NCBI GenBank assembly: GCA_032718475.1
Contig: JAUCBJ010001770.1
Span: 1 to 64,000, forward strand
DNA length: 64,000 nt
Source of the DNA: Nemertoderma westbladi
Lineage: Eukaryota; Animalia; Xenacoelomorpha
Reading direction: 5' to 3'
Both the position numbers and the translations under genes were made by a program. Shown in pieces: positions 11,661 to 25,329 of the stretch; within the stretch, counting starts at the first letter, position 1; the number at the start of each line of letters is the position of its first letter. The notes under the pieces are model-generated. The model was not told where the DNA came from, did not search any database, and was given only the letters and a program-made list of their open reading frames with translations.

Positions 11661-13023
11661 CAGAGTGGATAAAATAGTACGTACAGTATGACACTTCATT
11701 GTGCTAAAGAATATCAAACGTTGTGAAATGTTGGGAATGGGTGTTGGCGTTTGGGTTTTCATGGGCATGGCATGACATATTAACAGACTGTTAACTCAGG
11801 TACGACTGTCGACGGTGACAGTCAGATACTATCTCGCACATCAACAGGCTCGTTCATCAATGGAATTGAACTAGTCGCGCATAAAAATATCGTGTTTTCC
11901 AGTTTTAGTGTGTTACTACTTTGTTACTATATATCCCTTTTATTTCTTGGTAGAATTTTGAGAACTTTACATAACTAACGGCTAATTTTCGCAGCTTGTG
12001 CGGCCGTACCTCCATGCGGAGCGCAGCCCTTTGTTGATCCTCCCTCCCAACAAAATCCTTCCATTTATTGACATAACCAGTTCCCACTAACGCAACCGTC
12101 ATTGTCCCTAGATTCATATCTATTTTATTCGTCTCGGATTGGCAATCATTTGTTTTCCGTGTAGCTGGAGAGCGTTTTTTGCCTTTGACAAGGGCCGTGT
12201 GCACGCGTTAAGAGTCACGATTACCGGCGAGTAATAAAGAATAACCACAGGGTGTTACATTGAATTCAGGCAGTTAAAGGGCGCTATCTAACACTGGTCC
12301 GGGCAACCCACTCCACCCTTTGTATCAATGCATAACTTAATAAACGAAATATTAAGTTATATTGTGCATGAGATCTGGTTTATTATGCAGCTTTCAACTT
12401 CGGTAATTACTGGCGGGCTATAATAACGTTATTTTGGGCGCAACAAAACGGATTTTTGGTTTCCTGAGATGTAAATAATGACGGTGTGAACGAATAGCGA
12501 GCAGAATCCTTCTGGCATCATTAGGATTGATTTTGGTTTCCTGTTTGACGGTCTTAATAGTTCCTTTTGGCTTCGCATGGTAACGGAAGTACTGCTGTTG
12601 GTGGCTTGTGCTTCATCAGCATACATTACTGCGTGGCAGTTTATAGGCTAATTGATTCAACGCTACTCATGCATATATGTTAATTGCTCCATTTACTGTT
12701 TATTGTATAACATAACAGTTGTTTATCGGGTGGGGAGGAAGGATGACTCGTGCGATGCTCTATTTATTTAGGGACTTATTTTGGTAATTGGTGGAGTAAC
12801 AAATTTGTAAACATTTACTTTCGTAGCAATAAAATTAATTCTATAGGATAAGTAGGTGATAACTAATTTCATTTTTATAATGGTCTCCAACCAAAGCATT
12901 TCTCTGTCCAACTGCATGTGTCACTTTTTGGTTTATGAATTTTTATAGCGAATTATTTACTTTCGTTTTAAATTATATACATTGTCTAATCACCTATTAT
13001 ATATCTAACAAATTCTTATCCAT

Positions 13024-13255
13024 GTGCCGTGTGGTTTGTTTGAACGCAGGGCCTGCAATCTATTGGTTGTAGGTTCAGCCCCGCCAGGATCCACTCAGCC
13101 TCTCATCCACTGGGGTCGACAAAATGAGTACCAGTTAAATAACTGGGGAGCAAATCTTGGCCTAGGAGTAGCGCCCACCCCTACCCTCGGGTAGCAGCTA
13201 TCGAAAGAGGAGCCTTCGGGTCGCCTCCGACTTTTACCGACTGCTTGCTTTGCTT
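13024..13255 (+). mobile_element. tRNA-derived SINE
   Basis: Degenerate tRNA-like head with GGTTCAGCCCC B-box; SINE central motif ACTCAGCCTCTCATCC...GGTCGACAAAATGAGTACCAG; short (TTGC)n tail. Confidence 0.75.
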
Positions 13256-15100
13256 TGTGAATGGTTATAAACGCACAGCCTCAATCCAATTTCTATTATT
13301 ATTGACTACGTATTATATTTTGGCTACTGACCTAGAGCAAAAACCATGAAAATAAGTTTCTATGGGTACTTGTAAAGTCGCGGTTTAAATTGAAACATCT
13401 CAACTTGTTTTATTTCGAAAAATAGCCCCATAACACGAAAATTGCCATAGACTCAATGATAGAAACACCAGCTGGTGTGCTCATGAAAAAGAGAGCCTAG
13501 TAAATGAATGCTATATTGAATAGGCCCAAACTGCAGAGAAGTACATTACTTGCTAAGTTTAGTAAGGTTGTGTTTACTTAGTCACGCTATCCCATAATCA
13601 CAACAGCTTTTATAATTCATTAGATGATTTCAACATAATAATTAAAGTTTGAAGTTGTCTAGAAAATTTCTCGTACACCACCGGGACTACCCTCACACTA
13701 ATTTATTATCAGACAAAACAAAAAGCTTTTACTTGAAACGTACTGTCTCCTACGACTTGCTTCACGGGCCGCTAGGCCCGTCTCTAGTCATATTGATCCA
13801 AATCCACCATTCTATTCTAATTTTCTTTAGATGATACACTCATATACGATTCAACAGATTACAATCTCTGAAATGCCATCCATATATTTTCAAACCGTAA
13901 ACCCTTCGAAAAACATCCAAATACACAATACGACATGAATAAAGGTTGCCTTGTTCCTATTCTATTTATGTAACTTTGGTTTCTGTTTGGAACTGAGCCG
14001 CATGTTTGCTAATAACCTCGAGGGACACATTACGCGTCAGCTTACCGCGAATGATGTATTGCAGGGCTCCACATTAACTCCCCGTAGATGCTGTGTCTGA
14101 CGGACCTTGAAGAGACCTGTATGGGCCACTGATTCATAACTCACTTGGGACTATTGTCATTCATTCTACGCTATTTAGCTCTCATCTTAAAAATAATAGA
14201 TTGTTCCTTCTTTTAAAGCCGTCCGCTCTCTGATCTGTATTCTATGATGCGTGTTTGTATTTCTTAATAATCCTCGGGCTACTGGCTTTAATGTGTTGTA
14301 TATCTCTCTATTTGGTAAAGATACGAATGTTTAATCGAGCCTATTATAACCCAAGTTGTGCCGGTAGTGCCTTAGCTAACGGTATCCGGTAACTTTGGGA
14401 AAAATAAATATAAAGATTTTTTTTTGAATTCTCATCAGAGCCTAGGATATATATATATATTGTTGCATTAATGGAAGGGAGATCTGTGTCTGTAAGGAAT
14501 GTTATGACGTGTGTCTCCAATTTATTAAATCTGTACTCAAAAATATTCACACCTTTTGAATAGTCTTTAATTTTTTTAATTACTTTTTTAAATACAAACT
14601 AGATATCTCATTGTAACGAACCTGCAGCTGTTCTTAGCAATATATTAAATAAGGCTACGATGTATAACAGTGTGATTTTAATATCCAATATTGTCAATGT
14701 TAAAGTAGAAGTGAATACAGGCCGGAGGTATCCTTCGTATGATCGTATGTTATAAAAGTTACAGTCGTAGTGAAAGTTCAACGAAAAATACCTCACAATA
14801 AAATCACGAAAATATCGAGAAAGATTTAGACATAGAGGTCACTACGGTTCATATTGAGGGATAGTCCGTTTTTAAACTTTAATTAAAAAAATTATTGCGA
14901 AATTAATTATTTGTAAAAATTGACTAACATACTTATGCCATGCGATAATAACATTACGGTGTATATAAAAATTATTGATATTGAGGAGGTGTCTTATTAT
15001 CACTGATTGACTTAAGACACTGTGTACTATGCATAGATATACATTCTACTATATGGATGAGGTTTTGCGTTATAGCTTTTGGTAAATTTTATATTTGTAG

Positions 15101-15296
15101 GTTTGGTTCCAGAACAGAAGAGCTAAATGGAAGAAGCGAAAGAAGACAACCAACGTGTTTCGTACTCCCGGGGCTCTGTTGCCAGGCCACGGGCTCTCTG
15201 GCTTCTCCGGTCTGTCGTCTGATAGTCTCTACCCATTTACTCCCAGCTTCGACACTCGTTGGCATCCGTCTTTCTCTTCACCTTTCCCCAAACACA
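15101..15296 (+). CDS. Otp: Orthopedia coding exon 2 (helix 3 and Otp-specific extension)
   Basis: Acceptor TTTGTAG|. Encodes [32 protein letters not shown], diagnostic of Otp. Phase-1 donor A|GTGAGA at 15297. Confidence 0.95.
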
Positions 15297-15579
15297 GTGA
15301 GAAAAAAACAGAACTTTAATTTAAAAAGAAATATCTTAATTGTGTTTGATGTTATGAATAGGGTAATCCCACTGGTTGTAAATGGTATTGAACTTACATG
15401 GGATACGGGATATAATAAATAGTATTAAGTGAATATTATTTTCGTAGACCGATTTATTTTAAAAATATAAAATTTACCGTTAATAACTTTACAATTTAAT
15501 CAATAATTAATATTACAATTACAAAAAATTACATTAATACAAAAAAATAGAATTTACCGCCGTTATTTAATCGTTACAG

Positions 15580-15886
15580 CTGACACATTTTCTCGGTTTT
15601 CTCCTGGGACCTATCAACCCCCTGCCCATATGATGCACCCCAGCCACCCCGCCACCCCATCCTCTCTTGGCTTCTCCCATCACCCAGTCTCGGACGCCTG
15701 TGTGTTCCCCCCTCCACCGCCCCTACCCATCCAGTCCCTCGCGGTAGACCACGACCAACCGCCCACGCTGACAGGGATGTATTCCTCGGCGAGCAATCTG
15801 CAGCCCCAGACGAGTTCCGCTTTCCGTAATTCACCACCATTGTCTGCTATGGGTTGCCTCGAAGCATCATCGGCTTACAGCACATG
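15580..15886 (+). CDS. Otp: Orthopedia coding exon 3 (Pro/Ser/His-rich)
   Basis: Acceptor GTTACAG|C gives a phase-1 join in frame with the 15630-15890 ORF. Phase-2 donor TG|GTAAGA at 15887. Confidence 0.85.
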
Positions 15887-17809
15887 GTAAGATTATTTTA
15901 TTTTAATATTAAATTATTGAGTCGTTGCTTTTTTTACTCCATACCCGTCTGCACATCGATATTTCCCACTATATTATAAAAAGTCTGTCATCCCTGATGG
16001 CCTTTTATTATTTTAATATTTAAGGATGTTTGAGAATAGTTAATTATTTACAGTTCTAACTCAAGCAACATTAAATATGCTATTTAACATGCAATAGATT
16101 TATACAGTTAATACTTTAAAATACTTTAAAATTGAATTACTTAACATTATGCTAATCTGCAAGATGGATGCCGTTTTATTCAAACTTCTGCGCGTATGAT
16201 CATGGAATTCCACTCCAAAATACACTACTTATTAGTCCGGCAGATATTGCATTTTACCTTACATGGAATTATTTTATCTTATTCGAAACTAGCTAATGTT
16301 CTAGAATATCTAAACAGTAATAAAATTGTGAACATGCTTTGGAAGAACAAAAATAAAATGAAAAATTCAAATTTTCACGAAATGTTTGATTTTTCGATTT
16401 ACCTTAAATTTCCAAGTTTAGCTAGTAAATTCCGGCTGTATTGTTTAGGACGCCCTCCTGGCTCACCCGTGTGTTTTATTCTAGGTAAATTTAACAAAAC
16501 CATTGAATTTTTATTTAGTGTTCTAGAATTGTTGTATCTTTACATTATTGTGTATTTTGCAATGCCCTGTGGTATGTTTTCATAATAACAATGACACGGT
16601 AAAGCACAAGAGTCCCTTGAGTTCTCACAGTGCTATTCCCTCTTGGTGGGTCGTTTTTGAGAATAAGTAGTTTACTTGGTGAAAACTCATATATGAGTTT
16701 ATGAGCCATCGCCTGGACTTGGTAGAGATTATATTTTTCTGCTATTCCTCCTTGGTGAGAGTTTTTCTTCTACTTATAGAGTTAAAAAAAAATCACAAAA
16801 CAAAAACCAAAAACTGTTTGGAATTCATTAAAAGAATGACTTGGAAATTATTCGTAACATTTTGGAAGGGCCTCATACACTTAGTAATATAAAGTTGTTT
16901 ATCTAGTATACAAGTATATTATTAAATATTAACGTATCCGCACATTATATAGGAATATGCCAAGAATTTACCTACACCAGGATGTATAAAATTCTTCTGG
17001 AAATAATCTATTTTATCTTGTAATTGTAGTAATGGTCCTAATAATAATCAGATCAATCATTCAAATAGAGTAAATCAGAAATAACTTCTCGTCTCTCGTT
17101 TCAGAACTCCGAAATTAAGATGTTTTGCCTTCGTGTATCGGGGGGTGGTAGGGTAGCGCTACTTTAACACAGTCAATGAAAACCAATGGTAACAGGGCAA
17201 GGCTTTGTCCAAAATGAATAATTTTTGGTATATGGGTCAATCGATAACAGAAGGTGGTTTACAATAATGTCTTTTTGTAATATAGTTATAATAATTGAGT
17301 GCTATTTAATAGCAAAATTATTACTATTCACTGAAAACACTTATATTCGAACTTACATCTGTTATATAAACTAGCTATTTGGTATATATAATTAGGACAT
17401 ACTGTAGTGTTGAATAAAAGTATTTGTAAATTTTTTTGATATCGATTATTTCCAATCCAATTTTATTATCAAATTAATTAATTATTTTAATTTTCACATT
17501 TCGAAACCAATAACATGAGTTAGGATCAAAATTTGAAAATTCTGACCAATACTTTTGAAAACACCAGGCTTGTGATCCACAGACAGCCATATCTCGAGAT
17601 TGCTAAACGGTCTGCGAATCTTGATAAAAATATTGATAAAAATCTGCTCTAGATGAAATATAAAAAAATTTGAATGTGCTACTCCTCCCCCCCCCCCCCC
17701 CCCCTTAAAACTTAAGAATAATTTAGTATCTGTAAAATTTAATTTTCATCCATAATAATCAACTTAAATATAGTAAATATAAACTGTCTGTCAACTACTG
17801 TTCGATTGT

Positions 17810-18345
17810 CGTACAGTCCCCGTACACTCCCTGTACAGCCCCGTACAGTCCCCGTACAGTCCCCGTACAGTCCCCGTCCCCGTACAGTCCCCGTACAGTC
17901 CCCGTACAGTCCCCGTACAGTCCACGTACAGTCCCCGTACAGTCCCCGTACAGTCCCCGTACAGTCCCCGTACAGTCCCCGTATAGTCCCCGTACAGTCC
18001 CCGTACAGTCCCCGTACAGTCCCCGTATAGTCCCCGTACAGTCCCCGTACAGTCCCCGTACAGTCCCCGTATAGTCCCCGTACAGTCCCCGTATAGTCCC
18101 CGTATAGTCCCCGTACAGTCCCCGTACAGTCCCCGTACAGTCCCCGTACAGTCCCCGTACAGTCCCCGTACAGTCCCCGTACAGTCCCCGTACAGTCCCC
18201 GTACAGTCCCCGTACAGTCCCCGTACAGTCCCCGTACAGTCCCCGTACGGACCCCGTACGGTCCCCGTACGGTCCCCGTACGGTCCCCGTACAGTCCCCG
18301 TACAGTCCCCGTACAGTCCCCGTACAGTCCCCGTACAGTCCCCGT
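17810..18345. repeat. 11-bp minisatellite (CCCCGTACAGT)n, about 48 copies
   Basis: Directly visible tandem array. Confidence 0.97.
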
Positions 18346-18832
18346 TTTTTATTGTTATACATAAAAAAAGTTATATAATATTATCATTATTTTATACAAC
18401 CTACTGCCATTACTGTATTGCTGTCGTTATGTACAGACTTGAAATTGTAATAGATTTGTGACACAGTAGGCCTAGGTATTGGTATTTACATGAAAACATT
18501 TCTAACGGCAGTGAGCTGAACGGTAGCTTTTGCTCCGGTGGAATCAAATTAAGCTTTACAGTATTCTATTGCAAGAAATTGACCATACCATAAGTGAAGA
18601 TTCAAAGAGGTACAAAATGGGTGCAAGCAATCGCAAAGACAATGTGTTGTGTACAGTATAAGTAATAACCAGTTGAGGACGTTTGTCCGTCTTATGCATG
18701 TTTAGTACAGATCAATTACAAGAAATGTACGAATTCTAACAACATCTCACATTGCTCATATACTTTTCTTGGGAAAATATGTATTTGTTTACTAGTGATA
18801 TTGCTTAAATACCAACAACATAATAGCACTAT

Positions 18833-21800
18833 TTAGAGTTGTAGATCACTGTCATTATCTACTGTGACTTTGTCCATTAAACTAACGCCCTGTGGTGTGG
18901 TCGGTGCTGCTTTTGAGTAACATATCATTGGCCCCAACTTGTATTTCATTTGCTCATTTCCATCGACTATGATTGGATCAGCGGGATTATCAGTGTTCTC
19001 GTCGAAACCGAATAGGTCGGTGAATTTAAACCCGCGAATGGGCAGGATTTGATTGTCTGTATCCACTCCGTCGTCCTGGAATATACCGGTCCATGTATTT
19101 AGGACTTGATTGCTGTTGGCTCCAATTTCATCATCAGCTTTAAAGTTAACCCAAAAGTGGTTGTTATCGTTTTGTTCTAGATAGGGTATTGCTTTCTGTT
19201 GGTTTATTTGAACATGATTTGTTACAACTTCTATGGTCTGTTGGCATACTGCAGACTTGACAACGATTTGACGTAGTTCTTCCCAAGCCCACTTGGATCT
19301 CCATGGGAACTCTTGACCTCCACAACCTTTATCCTTTAAATCGTCTTTTAAACTAGGAGAAAGGCGACAATTGGGGTTTATGAAGCGGTTCTCTGGAATG
19401 CTGCTGTCGGACGTTGACACTTCCCACTCGTGATCGAAGTTTTTGTGGTCATCCCTGTAATAGGTTCCTTGCACAGCTTGCCAATCAGCATACCATTCGT
19501 CGAATCCTTCATAACTTACAAGGTACGTATCATATGCAGCATCCGGGGTTCCGGTAGCAGCTCCTTCGAAATTACCTAACTCAAAATTTCCAACCACATC
19601 AACATAGGGAGCAAACGATCTCATGGAATTGTCTGTGTAATCAATTTGACCTTTGGGGTAAATGACAGTGAGGATATTATCCGTAATATCTTTTTCTGTA
19701 AAATTGCAGAATACCTGTATAGTGTATGAAGGGGTGGAAGTTCCACCATCCATGTCAATTAGGTAAAACTTATTTTCATGAGCACCTTTTATCTCGTACC
19801 AATCAGTACAACTTTTCATGTTGGTTTCTCTTTCTTCACAACTGTTATACTCATACATCCAAACTTTTGCGGATGTTTGAATGAGATCACATTTATCTTG
19901 TGAATACCCATTGAAACATGCGCATTGTAAATTGCCTTTTGCCCGTTGGTAATAACACATGGCTTCATTCTTACAACTTTCTGCCAAATACTTGGGGCAG
20001 ATCCCACAACCAAGCATATCATTTGCTACATAGAATTTTATGGATTTAATTCCTGGGCTATCTATGAAGCTGGCAGCTACTTTCTGGTATTGTATATCGC
20101 CAACAGCGGTGTTGGACTTATCAGGTGGAGTGTTCCCACGTGTCTCAACAACATAGTTGCAATCAGCAGACGTTTGACTTCCAGGATTGCACATCGCAGC
20201 TACAATATTTTGATCAACAGGTCCATTGTTGGGGATGGTATCTGGATCCACTAGTTTAGCGATATCACGTTTAATAAACTTCCAGATCTTCCCAGGTCGT
20301 AAGAAATGAATCTCATTGGCTGTGGTTGCGGCAGCAGTAATTGGGCCATTTAGCTGTTGGAGTGTATTTAAATCTGTAATAACTGGGCTGGTATCTAATG
20401 TAAAAGTTTCTCCACTTTGAGTAAAAGCACGCACTTGGTTTGGCAAACCCCCTCCGCGGGTGTAAATTAAATAATTTGCAATTTTTCCTTGATTAGTATT
20501 GTCATTTGGGTCAGCATATGTAAAAGCAGCTTGAATTTCATCAGCTGCATTTGTAGTGGGAAATACATCTTCTAACTTCCTTGGCCAACCCCAGGTAATT
20601 CGGGAACCACCATCAGTGAAGGATGATGTGTACTGGTACACCCAGGTTATTCGTGTCGCTCCAGTACCACTGCTGACGAAGACATACTTGAATCCCGAAG
20701 TAGACCAGAGAAGTGCATCAACGGAGTTAGGGTTGCAATTATATGCTGAGCGGTCAGAGAACCAGCGGTAATTGTTTAGAACTGGCATCCCTCTAGCAAC
20801 ACGTTCAACCAATGGGTTACAATTGTAATAGAAAAAGTAATTATCTTCCCAGAACATAAAATCTTCATCCCATTGTACTCCAGCATCTGGGGGACTGGGA
20901 ACACCATTCCAGAATTGATCTATATCTCTGGGGTATCCCGGATCCACTGTGTTGAATATACGATCAAAGCGGTAGTAAGTTCCATCTTCATAAAATACGT
21001 AGACTTTACTCTCTTTATTGGAGAATGCGGCTTTTGGAACTTTGTCTGTAGGTAAACCCTTCCAGTGATCGGAAAATTGTTTTGGGTAAGAAGCATCTAA
21101 ACTGGCTATTGGTCCATTGTGTGGGATGTCACTAGGTGGGCGGTATTTATGGTTAATTGAGAATCGATATACTTCAATTTTGTTCTGCTTTAGGGATTTC
21201 AAGACAAAAACTTTGTCGATGTCTGCAAGGTAAAATACAGTATCCGGTTGAGATGGTGCATTGGGAAAGAGAGTGGAAAACGTAGACGGCACGTATTTTA
21301 CAGGGACCCCCCTAGAATCCATCTGCCACACATCGTCATTTGTATCCACATATAATATATGTGCAATTGGAGGTTCGGTTTGTAGACTTTGCGGAATTTT
21401 GATGATTGCTCGGGCATTTCCAGGGGCCCCTGAATTGGCAAACCGACAACCAAACAGATTCACTCCAACATCCTGGGGATAATCAAATGAAACACCGTAT
21501 CCGGTTATATATTTGTATATGTTTTGACCCTCAATGAAATAGTAGTCGTATTTTTTGCTGCCTGATGATGTTTCAACAGTGAGAGCTGCGTCCAGATTTA
21601 GCGGAACTCTTGGCCAATTGTTATCATATTGTGGTTTATCAGCGCGGAATATCGGGTAGCCTGGGACAATTCTATCGAAGACCAAATCCCATTTGTAATA
21701 GTTTTGACCCGAGACACTAGTTTGCGAATCTTCTGGGATATTCTTTGAAGCTTGCTTAAAGAAGTAAGCGTATGTCTGGCGCTGATTTTCCTTGTATGCA

Positions 21801-22605
21801 TTGATTCCCATTTCACTGAACACAACAGCATCGAAATCTATTGGGATTTGTTGAAATTTATTACCTTGATTATTACCACCGTAAGCGGCAACTGATTTTC
21901 TCGGAAAGGAACCTCCACTAGGAGTACCACCAAACACAGCGTATTGAGTGTCCCCATTTCCGTTTGATCTAAACAGATGAATTTCATTTAACGCGAAATT
22001 GTAAAACCCACCGCGAATTTGCGAATTACTTAGAGTTGTCCCAAAGTCAAAGACGGTATTTAAAGGCTGGCCACCTATACCAGTGTTATATTGGCCAGTT
22101 GCCTCATCCTTAGCTATGGTATATACAAATTCAATACTATTCACATCGCGAACAATCGCGTAGACGTTTCCATCGCTCGCAGGAAATACAGCCTTGACAA
22201 TTTGACCTCCGTCCGATTTCCCAATAAGGCATCTTTTGTTACACCCCAGAATGGTGTCTACGGCTTTAGGGCTTACGGGTTCTTGAAAATTGTTGTTGGA
22301 AGTTGCAGCAGTGGAGGATTTTGAGTAACCGTTTGAAGTAACGACACCGAATGCGTTACTGCCATCCCTATAAACAGCATTAACTTGACCACCAGATTGA
22401 AGATTGATACCAGTGATGGAGTTACTCCATGTACCTGCTGCACTGTACTGTATTTTCTGACCATTTGCCAGATACAGTAGAACGTTGTTGTCACCAATCC
22501 CCATGGCAGCTGTGACCGAGTTCGCATTCCAAGTGGCGCTGTTAGGATTGTTTGAGAAGTGAGCATCAAAGGTTTGTGAAGATTTTGGGTTGCTCCCTAC
22601 CTGAC
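18833..22605 (-). CDS. Nested gene A exon 2: hemopexin-like repeats + EGF + Caspr-type fibrinogen-like domain (full protein 1369 aa)
   Basis: 3.8-kb open frame; acceptor TTTTAG| at 22606 in phase with exon 1. Hemopexin blades (LDAAL..YYF..G, KAAF..KVYVFYEDGTYYRFD..VDPGYPR); EGF CKNEAMC..CACFNGYSQDKC; then SC..YLIDMDGG..QVFCNFT..LPI..LGPMICY. Confidence 0.9.
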
Positions 22606-22904
22606 CTAAAATAAGTAAACAATTATCTTACGCCAATATTTAATTAATTGGATTTTGAAGTTGTCATTTTGTAGGTCATTCTGTAGGGTTTGAAGTTTTA
22701 ATGCACGTATTATAATTAGCGGCTTATTCGCCAGCGGCACCTAAATGCACGTGTGCAACTAAGTTGCCGCCAATTCGAACAGCATCGTGCGTAAGTTAAT
22801 TCGGAAATCATAGCTAACATATTATTTAATGGGGAGTTTGTCAACCGCTCAATCCAGTATTGTAATATTATATACATTTAATATTATTTTTGTATTATAC
22901 TAAC

Positions 22905-23241
22905 TCTTATAAATATCTCCAGTTGTTCCCAACACATAATCACCACTCCCGTCGCCTTCTCTGTACGCCAATATAAGCGGCCCCTCAACGCCGGGGAATT
23001 CCGCCGTAATAAGCTTCGGGTAGCCGAAATCGATTTGAAATGTGTCGTCATTCCCTGCGGTCGTGCGACGGGTGCGGTAGACATAGGATCCAGTGAAAAC
23101 ATAGAACTGGTCGTTTTGTATCTCGACAACAGCATCTATTGCTCCGATTCCATTTCCGCAAGCAGAAAACCCGAACTGGGCGTTAGATGGCGAAACATTC
23201 CATATTAAAAAGAGTAACGTACTAATATGTTTGAGACTCAT
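22905..23241 (-). CDS. Nested gene A exon 1: signal peptide and first hemopexin blade
   Basis: MSLKHISTLLFLIWNVSPSNA|QFG signal-like N-terminus, then IDAVVE..FYVFTGSYVYR..FGYPK. Phase-1 donor A|GTTAGT at 22904. Confidence 0.88.
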
Positions 23242-23845
23242 TTTCTGGGTTTTTTTTCGGTATGAATTAATTAAATATAAATTATCCAACAGTTGCAGCA
23301 AAAGCCAAGAGGGAATGGCCGATGATTGGTCAGTGAGTGTAAATCCCACTCGGTGAAAAAATAACTAGGCCCTACCAATACAACCAAAAACTACTGAGAA
23401 ACGACAGCGAGAAATATGAACCTGTTTATCTAGTCTTGGCTCCCGTTTATTATTTATGGTTATAGGGCCTAATAGCATTTTACTGCAACCTGTTCAACAT
23501 CTCCGTCAATTAATTGGCGTTTTAATGGTTGTCGTTGTAGCGTTTACACCCTTTTTGGTCCGAATTACCATAAAGAGTGATTCTTTAGGCGGCCCTCACA
23601 TCACACGGTGCAACTTGTGTCTGCAAATTTTGCTCAAGAATGAAAATTATTTTAAAATAAATTATTAACAAGCCCAATCATTTATTTAATATATCTAAAT
23701 CACAAACATTAGGCCTGTAACATGTTATATAGTATAAAAATGACAGATAATAAACGTTTTAAGAATGTTGCTGGGAATATAACTTTTCAAAAATGCGTGC
23801 AGGCAGTGTTTTACTTCCAACACACTTTTGTTGTGCAATGTTTCT

Positions 23846-24093
23846 GAAAGTGTCCAGCTACATGTTGGTGACACTAAGACAAGGTGGGCCTACTTCAGTG
23901 TGTTTCAGAAAGTGTCCAGCTACATGTTGGTGACACTCAGACGAGGTGGGCCTACTTCGGTTTGTTTCAGAAAGTGTCCAGCTACATGTTGGTGACACTC
24001 AGACGAGGTGGGCCAACTTCGGTTTGTTTCAGAAAGTGTCCAGCTACATGTTGGTGACACTCAGACGAGGTGGGCCTACTTCGGTGTGTTTCA
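23846..24093. repeat. 62-bp tandem repeat, 4 copies
   Basis: Units start at 23846, 23908, 23970 and 24032. Each carries the inverted repeat AGTGTC...GACACT. Confidence 0.93.
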
Positions 24094-25329
24094 GACATTA
24101 AGTTTCGGCAACAAAAGATGCCGCCTTACTGTAATTGTAAAAATGACCGTAACAATATTATAATGTTTTGTTTCTACATATCAAGATCGTTATTGTGATA
24201 AGAATATTAATTTTATTTGGCTTTAACTTAATAAAGCCACCATGGTGATGTATTCGGGAAAATGTCCCACCCACATTGGGTGGGTTACCTACTTGTGTGG
24301 CCAAATACCTACACCCACATCCTGTTTGCCAAATTACAGCCTATTCATCGCAAACTTACCTCGATGCGTCCATACGCTTCAGTTATTGTTATAGCAAAGT
24401 ATTAATATATTTTTGGCTTCGGGTTTGTTAGCCCCATGGACGAGCCCGACCAATAGAGAGTCCCCTCTTAACGTTCACTCAGCCAAGTTTTTCTAAACAC
24501 CCCTTTGTGGTTGGTGAATTATTGGAGATTAACTACTGTATATTTATTTGAATGCAGTGCGTATCGCTTTTACTAGCGAACGATAAAATGTGTTACACGT
24601 TGTCGTAATTGAATATCCGGGGTCGAGTTGGGAGACGGGATATTCGTGGTTATTGGAGGGCTGTACTAACTGGTACTGAGATTTAATCCTGTTAAATTTT
24701 CCTATTATAGACCATTTTTGCTACTGGTACATATTGTGCATTTGTTTGTGTTTATTTTAACAATACTGGGTTGTTGTATCACATTTTAACTCCAGTCGCA
24801 AACATGGCTCTAGTACAAACACACCAATATTCAGCGTTAACCGATTCAAATCAAGGAAACGGGAGAACGTATTTCACTTTCAGGAAGTCCGCCCTTTAGG
24901 GGAGGTGGAGGATTAGCTTCCACTAAGAGGCACAGCGAATTGTCTAGTACAAATCTGCCAAGTTTCAGCTTGACCCTATCCCGGGGTTACCTGGATAGTT
25001 CGGGTGCCGCGGTCGGTGGAGTAATAGAGATGATTTGGTTGCGCGGGGGTGTGGGCTAACAAACGTGTGGCGCCGTTTGATGTTGCGATCATAAACGCTG
25101 ACGCCACCACTTACACCCTCGTCAACCGGTCAACCGAGTCGCTCCTTGAGGAACGTTGCCGCTACAAAAGGCGCCACTACCACACTGTCTCTGAAGATCA
25201 CTCCGCTCGTGGGTACCACAGACGGTTCTTTGGTATCGTTAGACCCGCGTCCTCATCAACCACATTGCGGAGGACCTCGTACGGATTACAGGCAAATAAA
25301 TGGGAAGACATTTAATGTTTAGATATGTA

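Noticed and set aside
15630-15890. Standalone 86-aa gene or sole final Otp exon
   Set aside because: It splices in frame from exon 2 and onward to the OAR exon at 49457; retained only as a possible alternative end.
16196-16585. 129-aa ORF downstream of Otp exon 3
   Set aside because: AT-rich, no motif, typical chance ORF in intronic DNA.
17739-18362. 207-aa GLYGDCTGTVR repeat ORF
   Set aside because: Translation of an 11-bp minisatellite; the unit is not a multiple of 3.
18833-22605. Matrix metalloproteinase call for the hemopexin genes
   Set aside because: No HExxHxxGxxH zinc motif or PRCGxPD cysteine switch seen.
23846-24093. CRISPR-like appearance of this and the other regular repeats (9322-10112, 45322-46370, 59200-59510)
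   Set aside because: No unique spacers, no cas genes, eukaryotic context.
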